DNA of 64,000 nucleotides from Promethearchaeota archaeon (GCA_030599585.1 JAUVNS010000014.1:1-64000); one strand, 5' to 3'; positions 9,414-19,821 are shown, counted from the first letter of the stretch. The notes: a model not told the origin generated them from the letters alone. Numbers and translations: made by a program.

Positions 9414-10697
9414 TTAGGCATCAATATTTTCGATAATCGTAGCGACTCCTTGTCCGCCACCAACACAGGCATTAGCAACCCCATATTTCGCTTTTTTATC
9501 TTTTAATATCCGAGCTAATGTCCCAGGTAATCTTATCATGGTAGAACCTAACGGATGTCCAATTGCAGTTGATCCTCCCATGACATTGACTTTTTCCTCA
9601 GGGATATTAAAATGTTTCATACAATTTAAAGCGACTATGCAGAACGCTTCATTAATTTCCCAATAATCTATGTCATCAGCGGTTAATCCGGCGCGTTTTA
9701 GAGCCATTTCAGTTGCTGGCACTGGCCCACGACCCATAACACTAGGTTCAACGCCAGCCCAACCAATTGAAACAATTTTTGCCATAGGTTCTAATCCTCG
9801 CTTTTTTGCTTCCTCAGCTTCCACCATAATGCAAGCAGTAGCACCTGCGTTCAATGGAGACGAATTTCCAGCAGTAATCACGCCTTCTTTAGTACCCTCT
9901 CTCTTTATATACCCTTCTTTGCCTCCATTTTTTTCCAAGTAAAATGGTTTTGATAATCTTCGTAATCCAGCAACCCTTTCCAGGGTTGATTTTCTTGCAG
10001 CCATATCCTTTTCAACCATCATTTTTTCTTCGATATTACCGTCTACATGACCCTCAATGCCTATAATTTCGCCTTTAAACCAACCGGCTTCTTGATTCCC
10101 AACCGTTAAGTTATGGGCTCTTACACCAAATTTGTCCATATCTTCTTTCGTGAATGCTGGGATTTCTTCTTCGTACAATTTCTGAGCTGTCTGTAACATA
10201 TTAATAGTTGTTAGGATATCATATTGGGGTCGATACCATTCGCTCTTCTTGTTAATCATTTTTAAATTCGGATTAACATGTTTGTTTTGCATATCAACGC
10301 GCGTCATGTGTTCAACTCCTCCTGCTAAACAGATTTTACTATACCCTGTCATGATTTCCATAATCCCAACATGCATTCCGCTCCCAGCGGAGCCACATTG
10401 TCGGTCGACAAACATAGCAGGTACTGTGACAGGAAATTCTGCTAAAAATAGCGGAAGTCTACCACCATAAGTCCAATTTTCATAAACACCCATAGCAGTT
10501 CCTACGGTAAACTCATCAATATCCTTTTTCTCGATGCCTTTATCTGCTAATTTTTGATCAAAAAACTTCATCAATAATGTAGCTAATAGTTCATCACTTC
10601 TAATCTCGCCAAAAACATCTCTCTCGGGCTGTTTTGGTCTAGACCGAGAAAAAGCTGTTCGTGCGTAATCTATTAACCATACTTCTTTTAAATCCAT
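9414..10697 (-). CDS. Thiolase (acetyl-CoA C-acyltransferase)
   Basis: RQCGS, EINEAF, GHPLG, CVGGGQG catalytic motifs. Confidence 0.95.
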   Translation of the reverse strand: MDLKEVWLIDYARTAFSRSRPKQPERDVFGEIRSDELLATLLMKFFDQKLADKGIEKKDIDEFTVGTAMGVYENWTYGGRLPLFLAEFPVTVPAMFVDRQCGSAGSGMHVGIMEIMTGYSKICLAGGVEHMTRVDMQNKHVNPNLKMINKKSEWYRPQYDILTTINMLQTAQKLYEEEIPAFTKEDMDKFGVRAHNLTVGNQEAGWFKGEIIGIEGHVDGNIEEKMMVEKDMAARKSTLERVAGLRRLSKPFYLEKNGGKEGYIKREGTKEGVITAGNSSPLNAGATACIMVEAEEAKKRGLEPMAKIVSIGWAGVEPSVMGRGPVPATEMALKRAGLTADDIDYWEINEAFCIVALNCMKHFNIPEEKVNVMGGSTAIGHPLGSTMIRLPGTLARILKDKKAKYGVANACVGGGQGVATIIENIDA

Positions 10698-10907
10698 ACT
10701 TTTGTATCCCTCTTATTTTATAATATTTTAAAACGAAGTTTTATCTAAAATTTTAATATTATGTTATGAATGTTCAAAAATGTATTAAAGTTTTTGATAA
10801 GAAGTCTATGCGACTTTAAACATTCAATTACTCATTTCGATAATCTAATAAAAAATTATTAAGATTTTATTAGTATCATTTTTATTTTTGGAACATTTAG
10901 TTAAAAT

Positions 10908-11306
10908 ATGGCAGATACGATAGTAAGTATAATTGCGGGATCCGAATCAGATAAAGAAGTATTTGAAAAAGCCGAAAAGGTATTAAAAGCAAATAATATA
11001 CCTTATGAACTTCAAATTATCTCAGCTCACCGTGATCCAGAAAAACTAGACGAATATTTAAACTCCTGCCAAAGTCTTATATATATCGCTGTTGCAGGGT
11101 TATCTGCTGCCTTACCAGGCGTTATTGCGTCTAAAACAGAAAAACCTGTTATTGGGGTGCCTGTTAGTGCTAAATTGGGGGGTTTAGATGCACTATTATC
11201 TATTGTTCAAATGCCACCTCGAGTCCCTGTTGCGTGCGTAGGAATTGATCGTGGAGAAAATGCCGCGTATCTAGCAATAAGAATACTTAATTTGTTAAAG
11301 AAATAA
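10908..11306 (+). CDS. purE: AIR carboxylase / N5-CAIR mutase
   Basis: [29 protein letters not shown]. Confidence 0.93.
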   Translation: MADTIVSIIAGSESDKEVFEKAEKVLKANNIPYELQIISAHRDPEKLDEYLNSCQSLIYIAVAGLSAALPGVIASKTEKPVIGVPVSAKLGGLDALLSIVQMPPRVPVACVGIDRGENAAYLAIRILNLLKK

Positions 11307-11309
11307 GTA

Positions 11310-12023
11310 ATGGTGTCATTAATGAGCAAGGAACTTATAGAACTAGGTAAAAAAAACGCTGCAAATAAAGCAGTCGAGGAAAATGTAGAAGCAGGTATGA
11401 TTTTAGGTATAGGTAGTGGTTCTACCGTTGTGTACGCTGTCAAGAAGATAGCTGAGATTAACAAAGCTAAGAACATGGATTTAAAATGCATTCCCACCTC
11501 TTTTCAATCTCGCCAATTAATAGTTGAAAACGGTCTCACTCTTGTTTCCTTAGATCAGTATCCTGTGATTGATCTGGATATTGACGGAGCAGATGAAATT
11601 GACAAATCTTTAAATTTGATTAAGGGTGGTGGAGGATGTTTAGTTCAAGAAAAAATCATAGCGTCAGCTTCGAAGAAGTTAGTTATTATAGCAGATTATA
11701 CTAAAAAATCGGAATTCCTGGGAGAAAATTGGAAGAGTGGAGTACCAATTGAGATAATTCCTTTAGCACATGTTCCTATTATGAAGAAATTGGAAAAATT
11801 TGGAGGTACCCCCGTTTTAAGGATGGCTCAAGCAAAAGCAGGACCAGTGGTCAGTGATAATGGTAATTTCATTATCGATGCTGATTTTGGTATAATTAAA
11901 AATCCTTTAGATTTAAATTTAAAACTTTTGCAAATACCTGGTGTTGTAGATTCTGGCTTATTTTTAGGGATGGCTCATACGGCTTATATTGGTCAAAAAG
12001 ATGGCACAGTTAAGAAGTTCTAA
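11310..12023 (+). CDS. rpiA: Ribose-5-phosphate isomerase A
   Basis: GIGSGST, DGADE, IKGGGG, QEK, SDNGN. Confidence 0.96.
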   Translation: MVSLMSKELIELGKKNAANKAVEENVEAGMILGIGSGSTVVYAVKKIAEINKAKNMDLKCIPTSFQSRQLIVENGLTLVSLDQYPVIDLDIDGADEIDKSLNLIKGGGGCLVQEKIIASASKKLVIIADYTKKSEFLGENWKSGVPIEIIPLAHVPIMKKLEKFGGTPVLRMAQAKAGPVVSDNGNFIIDADFGIIKNPLDLNLKLLQIPGVVDSGLFLGMAHTAYIGQKDGTVKKF

Positions 12024-12085
12024 ATTTAATTTTAATAGACAATTTACTAAGTAGAGTCTTATCTATTTAGAGATTACCAACTAAA

Positions 12086-15000
12086 TTAGTTGTGAAATGT
12101 TAAAGATTTACCACAACTAGGACAAAATTTTTGTTGAGTAGTTAAACGATAACCGCAATAAGGACAATAGGAAACTAATTCTTGAGAATAATCTTTAGAT
12201 TCTGGTGATGAACCATCATCATAATCATACTGGTAATAACTCTCAGAAGGTGTTGATTGATAAGATTTTCTTTTCTTTCTAAGATACATTGAAACACCGA
12301 GTATTAATGCAATCACGATGACCACACCGATAATAATTAGAATGAACAATAAGTCTATTGGGAGCGCTGGTTGTATTAACACAACTATTAAGAAATCTTC
12401 AGATTCCCCTTCACCATCGAAAGCTGTTATTAATAAGTAAGCTAAATATCCGTCTTGAGAGGTACTATCATATTGTGATGCAGTAGAGAATTGTTTAGGT
12501 CCAGTTATAGTGGAAAATTCCATTGTGTAAGGAATTACAAAGTTTCCAGAGTGGGTATTAGAACCGGAGTCGTAAGTCATCTCAGAAAAGATGTTGATTC
12601 GGGGTCTAATAAGAACGATGTTATTATCTTCTGAGATAGATGCGAGAAATAAGTTTACGGAAACCTTCATCTCAGAACTATCTTGGTCTTCGTATGAAAC
12701 CGAATCCGTTAAATTAATTCGAAAGTCAAGACGAGATCCTTGTGATATTGAATACACATTTAAACTATCCTCGGTGTGAGTTTCGTCAAAAGTAACTGTT
12801 TGCGAATTATCTATTAGGATTGTGGAACTTTCTTCTACGAATTCAGGTGGGTTATTGTTGATTAAGGATACAAGTCTTGGAGAATACGGATTGTGATAAC
12901 CAGAACTCGGGTTGAACGGTACAATATAAAAAATCGCAAAACCAGGCACATCCGTAGAGGTAGGGGTATAGGCATAAGAATATTTAGAAGGATTAGGCAT
13001 AGGGTTTGATAAGAGGAAAGTTTTATTAATTGTTCCTTTTTCAGTGTAGTAAGTTAAAGGATAGAACGATAAATAAGCAGTTGCATCGTAAGTAGTATCA
13101 TCGAGAGTAGCATCGATATTTAGCGAATCTATACCATTTCTTTCAAGATCAGTAGTTGTTATTATGCTTGATATTTGGGGTATTAAACTATTATTATAAT
13201 ATAAGATTTTAGATGATTTTTTGTAAGTTTGTGAGCCAATTGTTATATTTACATCAATAATATAAGGTTTTGTACTTGGTCCCGGGAGAATAGTTGAGTG
13301 ATTGATCGAAAGCCCATCTGAACTTGAAATCATATTAATCGATTTAAAATAGCTGTCGTTTTGTATTGAAACATTGAGATAAGAATTCAATACCGTGGAA
13401 CTAACAAGAGCGTCTAAGTCTTGATTTTTTATGTAGAGCGAGAGGTTTATTTGAGAGGATGGTGTACTTTCAGAATCTATAATAATTTCTATAGAGACAT
13501 TTTCGTTCTCGAAGAAATAATCCATTAAGTTTCGTGTTAAGATTGAATGATCTTGTTTATACGAGGGTGATTCGTAAAGATCTGTAGTCCAATGAAGATC
13601 TCCAAATGCTACAAAGCGCCCTCCTCCAAACGGATTATGATCGTATGCGGCAGCGATGGTTTTATCCTCTGTTGAAGCGATTGCTTCAGCATTCCCCATA
13701 ACGCTTAAAGTACTTCCATATTCCCACGAAAATTTACTTACACCCTGGAAAATCAAAGAATTATTAAAATTTGTTATAGATTGAGTAGAAACCGTAGCTC
13801 CAACCCCTATCCATTCTTCGTTGGCTACATTTTCCTCATTAATAGTGATATTTAGATCGATATATGAAAACAATTCGTTAATATTCTCAATACATAAGTC
13901 TTGATATCGCGTTCCTAAAAATAGCAAATTTCCTCCATTTTCGAAATAATTTTTCAAATTATAAAATTCTAATGGGTTATAGGGTAAGATAGGATTTTGT
14001 AATACCACCAAATCATACTGAGCCAATCGTTCTTCAGTCAAAATAGAGTTATCTAAATTGCTTTCGTAATTAGGAGTCCAAAATTCTGCTAAATAATCTG
14101 TATCAATGTTCAACTGTGAGAGATCTTTCATCCACGCATACGAATCCATCTGGTAAAACGAAAGTTCAGGAAACCAATCATTCAATCCATGGTAAGAATC
14201 CATTAAAATTTTATGCTCAGGAAAACGTACGTCTATTGATATGATAATTGTGTCATACACCCTCATACCAGATGTAATGTTTAAATCGAAAGTTTGCAAG
14301 CCAGGTGTAGCATTTATGTTTATTTCTACTCTGAGCGCAACGAATTGAACCCCAGCGTTGTTAAAAATTATCTGGGATTTATCTAAAGATAAAGAAATCC
14401 CATCGACATAGGAAGTGTAGTTAACATTTAAAGTATTATTAGTGCCAGAGATAACCGTTAAATTAAACTCTTGAATATCTCCTGGAAAATTAATTAAATC
14501 GAAAGGTTTTATTGGTAACTCGTCTGGCGAAAGTTTGGCAACATCATTAATATTAGAATAAGTTGTATTTAAATAATTCAAATACTCAAGAGACGCAGAA
14601 ATATTAATTAGCCCGAATCCAGATTTCATGAATTCAGAATCATCAGGATTAGACAAATCCTGAGCCCCCTCTAATAGCGCTATCCTTGCAGTTTCAGGAG
14701 ACAACGACGGATACGCTTGTTTCATAATAGCTAAAGCACCAGCGACAATGGGGCATGACATACTCGTTCCACTAAGAGGAATATAATCCGCATCACCTGA
14801 GAAATCGAAAAATCCTCCAAGAAATCGATTCCTATCAGATATGGTAGATTTTGGAGCCTCAGCCGCGATAATATTCACTCCCGGGGCAACAACATCAAGA
14901 TATCCTAGATAAGACAAAGATGGCCCCCAACTACTAAAAAAGGCTAAATTATTATTGCTATCTGTAGCTCCTACAGAGATAACATCAATACCTGATGCTG

Positions 15001-16048
15001 GAGAGCCTCCCGAAAAGTATTCCGGTCCGGAATTACCTGCTGAAGACACAGTGATTATTCCATTTTCGGTAACTGACGCAAGCGCAAGTATCATTAGATC
15101 ACTTGCAATAGGATTGCGATCTCCAAAACTCATAGAGATTATATCTGCGTTAGCAGTGTTAACGCTCCATTCAATAGCACTAATAACGTCTCCTTCTTCT
15201 AATCCCGAAGCATCTCCTGCTTTAGCATTTATTATCGAGATTCCTGGAGCAACTCCTTTATACAATCCTCCTGAACCGCTACCGTTTCCTCCAATAATTC
15301 CAGCGACATGAGTTCCATGACCAACTAAATCGTTGTAATCTAAAACACTCTCGCCTGAAACGAAATTTCTATTTGCAGTTAAATTTAAGTCAGGATGTTC
15401 ATAAACCCCCGTATCGATAACAGCAACTCTCACACCAGTGCCGTCAAAAGCTAAGTTTTCAGCACCTATAGCAGGTATCCACCAATTGGGATATAAGTTT
15501 GAGTTCAATGCACTTGAACTAGGAAATTCATCTTGAAAATAAGGAAGAAGATAGTTCCGAGATTTATAAACCTTTTTTAAAGTGCTAAAAGATTCCAGTG
15601 TGTCTATTTTGGAAGCTAATTCACTTACTTGACATTTAAGGTAAACAGCCGGAATGATATCATAATTATCTAAAATTGTATAATCTTCAAGCGTATTATC
15701 AATGAATTCGATTCTTTCCGATTTTGAAGTTGTTTCCTCAAAAAGCATTATAGTTTTTATTTCGGAAACCCCATTCTGCCCATGCGTTGCTAATTCTTTA
15801 ATTAATAAATCACCAAAGATAACATCTTGTTTATTACTAGGAGGATTTATATCACCTATGTAAGGAATCGCGCGGTTGGAATTGAATATAGAAAATTCAG
15901 TTGTGTTCGATTCTAACTGATAAAGATAAGAAGGATTTTCATTACTTAATATACCAGTTCCAAATACGGGGCTAACTACTGAACTGATTAACAAGATACT
16001 AATCAATATAAAATTAGTTTTGGTCCAAATGTTTTTCATAGTCTTCAA
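12086..16048 (-). CDS. Membrane-anchored S8 subtilase (signal peptide, prodomain, catalytic domain, Ig-like, GldG/IFT52-like domain, TM, cytoplasmic zinc ribbon)
   Basis: VIDTG, HGTHVAG, SAGN, GTSMS; C-terminal TM followed by RKKRK and CPYCG...CPSCG. Confidence 0.92.
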   Translation of the reverse strand: MKTMKNIWTKTNFILISILLISSVVSPVFGTGILSNENPSYLYQLESNTTEFSIFNSNRAIPYIGDINPPSNKQDVIFGDLLIKELATHGQNGVSEIKTIMLFEETTSKSERIEFIDNTLEDYTILDNYDIIPAVYLKCQVSELASKIDTLESFSTLKKVYKSRNYLLPYFQDEFPSSSALNSNLYPNWWIPAIGAENLAFDGTGVRVAVIDTGVYEHPDLNLTANRNFVSGESVLDYNDLVGHGTHVAGIIGGNGSGSGGLYKGVAPGISIINAKAGDASGLEEGDVISAIEWSVNTANADIISMSFGDRNPIASDLMILALASVTENGIITVSSAGNSGPEYFSGGSPASGIDVISVGATDSNNNLAFFSSWGPSLSYLGYLDVVAPGVNIIAAEAPKSTISDRNRFLGGFFDFSGDADYIPLSGTSMSCPIVAGALAIMKQAYPSLSPETARIALLEGAQDLSNPDDSEFMKSGFGLINISASLEYLNYLNTTYSNINDVAKLSPDELPIKPFDLINFPGDIQEFNLTVISGTNNTLNVNYTSYVDGISLSLDKSQIIFNNAGVQFVALRVEININATPGLQTFDLNITSGMRVYDTIIISIDVRFPEHKILMDSYHGLNDWFPELSFYQMDSYAWMKDLSQLNIDTDYLAEFWTPNYESNLDNSILTEERLAQYDLVVLQNPILPYNPLEFYNLKNYFENGGNLLFLGTRYQDLCIENINELFSYIDLNITINEENVANEEWIGVGATVSTQSITNFNNSLIFQGVSKFSWEYGSTLSVMGNAEAIASTEDKTIAAAYDHNPFGGGRFVAFGDLHWTTDLYESPSYKQDHSILTRNLMDYFFENENVSIEIIIDSESTPSSQINLSLYIKNQDLDALVSSTVLNSYLNVSIQNDSYFKSINMISSSDGLSINHSTILPGPSTKPYIIDVNITIGSQTYKKSSKILYYNNSLIPQISSIITTTDLERNGIDSLNIDATLDDTTYDATAYLSFYPLTYYTEKGTINKTFLLSNPMPNPSKYSYAYTPTSTDVPGFAIFYIVPFNPSSGYHNPYSPRLVSLINNNPPEFVEESSTILIDNSQTVTFDETHTEDSLNVYSISQGSRLDFRINLTDSVSYEDQDSSEMKVSVNLFLASISEDNNIVLIRPRINIFSEMTYDSGSNTHSGNFVIPYTMEFSTITGPKQFSTASQYDSTSQDGYLAYLLITAFDGEGESEDFLIVVLIQPALPIDLLFILIIIGVVIVIALILGVSMYLRKKRKSYQSTPSESYYQYDYDDGSSPESKDYSQELVSYCPYCGYRLTTQQKFCPSCGKSLTFHN

Positions 16049-16186
16049 ATATTAGATTAGTTATTTATTTCTAACTTTAATAGTTAAAAAACCATAATTT
16101 TTTTTAGAAATACATTATTTTTAAATCTACAGCTAACGATCATTTACGTTTGATAAAAGAATACACTGATAAAAAATAAAACCCAA

Positions 16187-16288
16187 GGGGCTGTGGATTA
16201 GTGGATCATTCAAATCATAAGATTTGGTGCACTAAAGATCGTTCGCTTGGCATGCGAAAGGCCGGGGGTTCAATTCCCCCCAGCTCCA
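16187..16288 (+). tRNA. tRNA-Ala(GGC) with D-loop intron; CCA not encoded
   Basis: Acceptor GGGGCTG/CAGCTCC-A with G3:U70; anticodon arm TTCGC-TTGGCAT-GCGAA (GGC at 16249-16251); T-arm GGGGG-TTCAATT-CCCCC. Confidence 0.95.
16206..16235 (+). other. 30-nt tRNA intron at position 20/21 with bulge-helix-bulge junction
   Basis: GATT-AGTG-GA^T...CACT-AA^A-GATC; internal hairpin CAAATC-ATAA-GATTTG; removal gives GATTAGTGGAAGATCG. Confidence 0.88.
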
Positions 16289-16326
16289 CTTTTTTTATGT
16301 TTTAAAAGTTTTAAAGAAGAATGTTC

Positions 16327-16350
16327 ATCGTGAAATCGGGATTTCACGAT
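16327..16350. repeat. Perfect 11-bp inverted repeat, candidate operator
   Basis: ATCGTGAAATC-GG-GATTTCACGAT between the tRNA and the racemase gene. Confidence 0.6.
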
Positions 16351-16407
16351 CTATCTATTGTAAATACGATCTGAAAATTATTAATAATTATTGTATTTGG
16401 AATAAAT

Positions 16408-17103
16408 ATGCCAAGAAGAGAAATGAAAAAAATAGGTATTTTAGGTGGTATGTCATACGAGTCAACAATAAAATATTACGATTTACTCCTCCAAAAATAT
16501 TATGATAAACATTATGATTACAACTACCCAGAAATTCTAATATATAGTTTAAATTTTCAAAGAGTCATCGATTATGAATTAGGTAACGATACAGCAAGAT
16601 ACGTAGATTATTTAATGAGTGGTATTAAATCCTTACAAAATGGGGGTGCTGATTTCATAATTATGGCAGCTAATTCCCCTCACGCAGTTTACGATGATTT
16701 AATTCAAAAAACAAAGTTGCCTATACTAAGTATTGTCGAAGCAACGGCAAAAAAAGCACTTGAAATGGATCTAAATAAACTATTATTAATTGGTATTAAA
16801 TTTACAATGCAATCTTCTTTTTACCAGAGAATCTTCGAAAACTCTAATATGCAAGTAATAACTCCTGAGGATATCGAACAAGATTTAATTGATCAAATCA
16901 TTTTTGACGAATTAGTTATTGGGAAATTTAAAAACGATAGTAAGCAGAAGTTATTGGAAATTATCCATAACTATGAAGTAGACGGTGTAATTTTGGGATG
17001 TACTGAACTTCCGCTGATTTTTCACAAGAATGATACTAGCATAAAATTACTTGATACGATTGAAATACATGTTGAAGCAGCCTTAAAATACGCTATGATG
17101 TAG
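16408..17103 (+). CDS. Aspartate/glutamate racemase family protein
   Basis: IGILGGMSYEST, AANSPH, LGCTELP. Confidence 0.9.
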   Translation: MPRREMKKIGILGGMSYESTIKYYDLLLQKYYDKHYDYNYPEILIYSLNFQRVIDYELGNDTARYVDYLMSGIKSLQNGGADFIIMAANSPHAVYDDLIQKTKLPILSIVEATAKKALEMDLNKLLLIGIKFTMQSSFYQRIFENSNMQVITPEDIEQDLIDQIIFDELVIGKFKNDSKQKLLEIIHNYEVDGVILGCTELPLIFHKNDTSIKLLDTIEIHVEAALKYAMM

Positions 17104-17228
17104 AAAATTTGTTTTCTACTTGGTTTTTTAAGATATTTTTTGCGTTATTTATGACCTCTGGAAGTTTTTTTAAATCCCTAATGCTATTTTATAATTATTA
17201 CAATAATGTTTAATGGGTAATTTCTATA

Positions 17229-19496
17229 GTGCGCTTGAAGCTTACAAGTATTAAATTTAAGGACTTGACTCCAATTATTTTAGTCATGTTGTTATTATTT
17301 GTCTCAATCGCATGCGCTAATATGCTAATCCCCAGTTATGGCGTAATTCAAATAGAATTTGGTATTCCTGAGGCATTCATAGCAATTCCAGATTCTTCTT
17401 TCTTGTTAACGAGTGCTTCATTCGCTTTAATTTGGGGATACTACACCGATAGAATTGATAGAACAAAAGTAATAATAGCAGGCGCATTTTCTTGGACTTT
17501 TGGTATGATGTTGACTGGTTTTTCCACATCTTTTGTAATACTGTTAATTTCAAGGATGGTAAGTGGAATCGGAATGGGTTGTGTAATACCAGTAGGTTAT
17601 TCCATTATTTCCGACGCAATTCCGCCCGAAGAAAGATCTGGTTGGTTTGGTACGCTTGCAATATTGAGCTCAATTTCGAATGGTAGTGGTCAGGCTTTAT
17701 CTTCCTTTGTAGGACCAATTTTAGGCTGGAGATTTCCATTTTTTTTGTTATCAGGAATAAGTATCATAATAGTTTTCATTTTATTTTTTGTTAAAGTCCC
17801 TCAACGTGGAGCAAGCGAGAACGAGTTATTAGATCTCGTCGAATTAAATTTAGAATATCAATATAAAATATCAAAAGCAGATTTATCAAATATAATAAAA
17901 AAGAAGACGAACAAATATTTAATCATTCAAGGCTTTTTCGCAATAATCCCAGGAACACTTTTCGTTTATTTTATGACTTCTATGCTTTCAACTCATTATT
18001 TTCTCATATTACCTATCGAAATTAGGCTTCAAACGGCTGCGATATTTGCAGGTCTTTTAGGGGTAGGCTATTTATTGGGAAATGCAATTATGTCGTATGT
18101 AGGAGATATTTTATTTCGAAAAAACAAAAAAAATCGAACTCGATTAGCAACAGCTTGTATGGCACTCAGCATTCCATTCGTTCTTTTAATGCTATTTTCT
18201 ATACAACCTATTAGCAGTGAAGTGGTTACTAATTTAAGTTATCCTGTCCCAATTCCTCCAGGAGAGACGATATCATTTGTAGTTTTAACCATTATAGAGA
18301 TCTTTAAAGTTTCTCCAAGTTATATCTATTATTTCATATTTGGATTTATAGGAGCAGTATTAAGTACAGGCTGGGTTTCAAATAAGAATGCAGTTATGGT
18401 GGATGTTAATCTCCCCGAGCATAAAGGCACAGCTACCTCCTTTTTTAGCCTCGCAGAGCAAGTGGGAAAAGGAGTTACGCTCTTGTTGTCGTTTTCTTTG
18501 ATTTCGCTTTTTGGGAGTGTGTTTAACATGATGCTCTTTGCTGTATTTCTTTGGGTACCTTCTGCTTTACTATGGTTCCTCGCAGGTAAATCTGTCGAAG
18601 TCGATATGGAATATAAATCTACCATTCTCTTGGAAAGAAAACAAATAAATCTGTTGGATTTTATTTTTGAATTAGAAATACAGATGGACAGAGCTACCCA
18701 AAAAGTGCAAGATTCAAAGTATTACATACTAACAGATCACTCGAAGTTTAACAAGTTGCTCGATGAAGCAATTATTATATTCAATTTTTGCGAAAAAGAA
18801 GGAGAATATCGTAGTATAACTAAAATCGAGAGAAGAGCTCGAAAATTAAATGTTAAAACAGCCTCTATTAAGTCTATGGCTAATCAAATATTCAAAATTC
18901 TTAAGGTAGAGGATTTATCTGCAAAGGAAATTGATATGCTCAACGAAGATTTGCGACAGATCATTCTGAAAATATCTGAAGGAGAGCGTAGTACTTTTGG
19001 AGATTTACAAATTTTTTACGAAGACGCATATTTGAAAATAATTGAAGCTCGATTATTAAGGAATAATGATCTGATTAAAAGTAAGGGAAAAATACAAGAT
19101 GCCATAAAAATTTACGAAAGAGTCCGAAATCTATTAAATGAACGGCTTGAAATTGTAACTGAAAACACCGAAATATCAGAAGAAGATAAATTTGTAAATG
19201 AAAGAGAACGGGAACTACTAAAAAAAACATCTAATGCGTTAGTAGCAACTAATACTTTAAAAAACGATATTGAAGGCGTTTTTAAAAAATTGGAAGAGAA
19301 GGGTATTACGGAAAAGGATTTAAGAAAAATTTCAGAATTGACATATGAATACAATGTTAATCTCTATGATGTAATTGTAGATACTTTCGGTCAAGATCGA
19401 AGAACGAAGGACATTATTATGGAAATCCTTAAAGAAATTGATGCTGTCTTTAATGAATACGATAAATTAAAGGAGTTAGAGTTGAAAGTATTTTAA
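17229..19496 (+). CDS. MFS transporter fused to an approximately 290-aa soluble helical C-terminal domain
   Basis: WGYYTDRIDR motif A, about 12 TM, DVNLPEHKGT, then a charged helical tail. Confidence 0.85.
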   Translation: MRLKLTSIKFKDLTPIILVMLLLFVSIACANMLIPSYGVIQIEFGIPEAFIAIPDSSFLLTSASFALIWGYYTDRIDRTKVIIAGAFSWTFGMMLTGFSTSFVILLISRMVSGIGMGCVIPVGYSIISDAIPPEERSGWFGTLAILSSISNGSGQALSSFVGPILGWRFPFFLLSGISIIIVFILFFVKVPQRGASENELLDLVELNLEYQYKISKADLSNIIKKKTNKYLIIQGFFAIIPGTLFVYFMTSMLSTHYFLILPIEIRLQTAAIFAGLLGVGYLLGNAIMSYVGDILFRKNKKNRTRLATACMALSIPFVLLMLFSIQPISSEVVTNLSYPVPIPPGETISFVVLTIIEIFKVSPSYIYYFIFGFIGAVLSTGWVSNKNAVMVDVNLPEHKGTATSFFSLAEQVGKGVTLLLSFSLISLFGSVFNMMLFAVFLWVPSALLWFLAGKSVEVDMEYKSTILLERKQINLLDFIFELEIQMDRATQKVQDSKYYILTDHSKFNKLLDEAIIIFNFCEKEGEYRSITKIERRARKLNVKTASIKSMANQIFKILKVEDLSAKEIDMLNEDLRQIILKISEGERSTFGDLQIFYEDAYLKIIEARLLRNNDLIKSKGKIQDAIKIYERVRNLLNERLEIVTENTEISEEDKFVNERERELLKKTSNALVATNTLKNDIEGVFKKLEEKGITEKDLRKISELTYEYNVNLYDVIVDTFGQDRRTKDIIMEILKEIDAVFNEYDKLKELELKVF

Positions 19497-19518
19497 TTTA
19501 ATCAGTCTACCATTATCT

Positions 19519-19821
19519 CTAATTATTGAGAAATTCTGATTTTAAAATATCTGTGAAATGTAATTTATCGCTATTTACTAGCTCGTGCGTATCGATTCCT
19601 TTCTTATTATAAAAATCAGGACTATCATTATTTGAGAATAAATTCACAAGCAGTATGAGGCAGTTTTGGAGTTCTAAATCGTTATTTTTATCTTTGTTGA
19701 AGTTCTTCATAATTTTAATAAGGAGATTGCTGAGCCAGACTTTATTGAAATTAGGTAGGTCATCCTCCCTTTCTCTAGATTTCCTATTATAAAAATCTAA
19801 GATATTAGCTACACAATCCAT
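19519..19821 (-). CDS. Hypothetical protein (100 aa)
   Basis: ATG-started ORF filling the gap; no motif recognised. Confidence 0.6.
   Translation of the reverse strand: MDCVANILDFYNRKSREREDDLPNFNKVWLSNLLIKIMKNFNKDKNNDLELQNCLILLVNLFSNNDSPDFYNKKGIDTHELVNSDKLHFTDILKSEFLNN

Noticed and set aside
9233-9436. 67-aa plus-strand ORF
   Set aside because: Low-complexity translation of an AT-rich intergenic/terminator region that overlaps the dodecin start and thiolase stop
16289-17200. Element integrated at tRNA-Ala
   Set aside because: No integrase and no duplicated tRNA 3' end seen in the window
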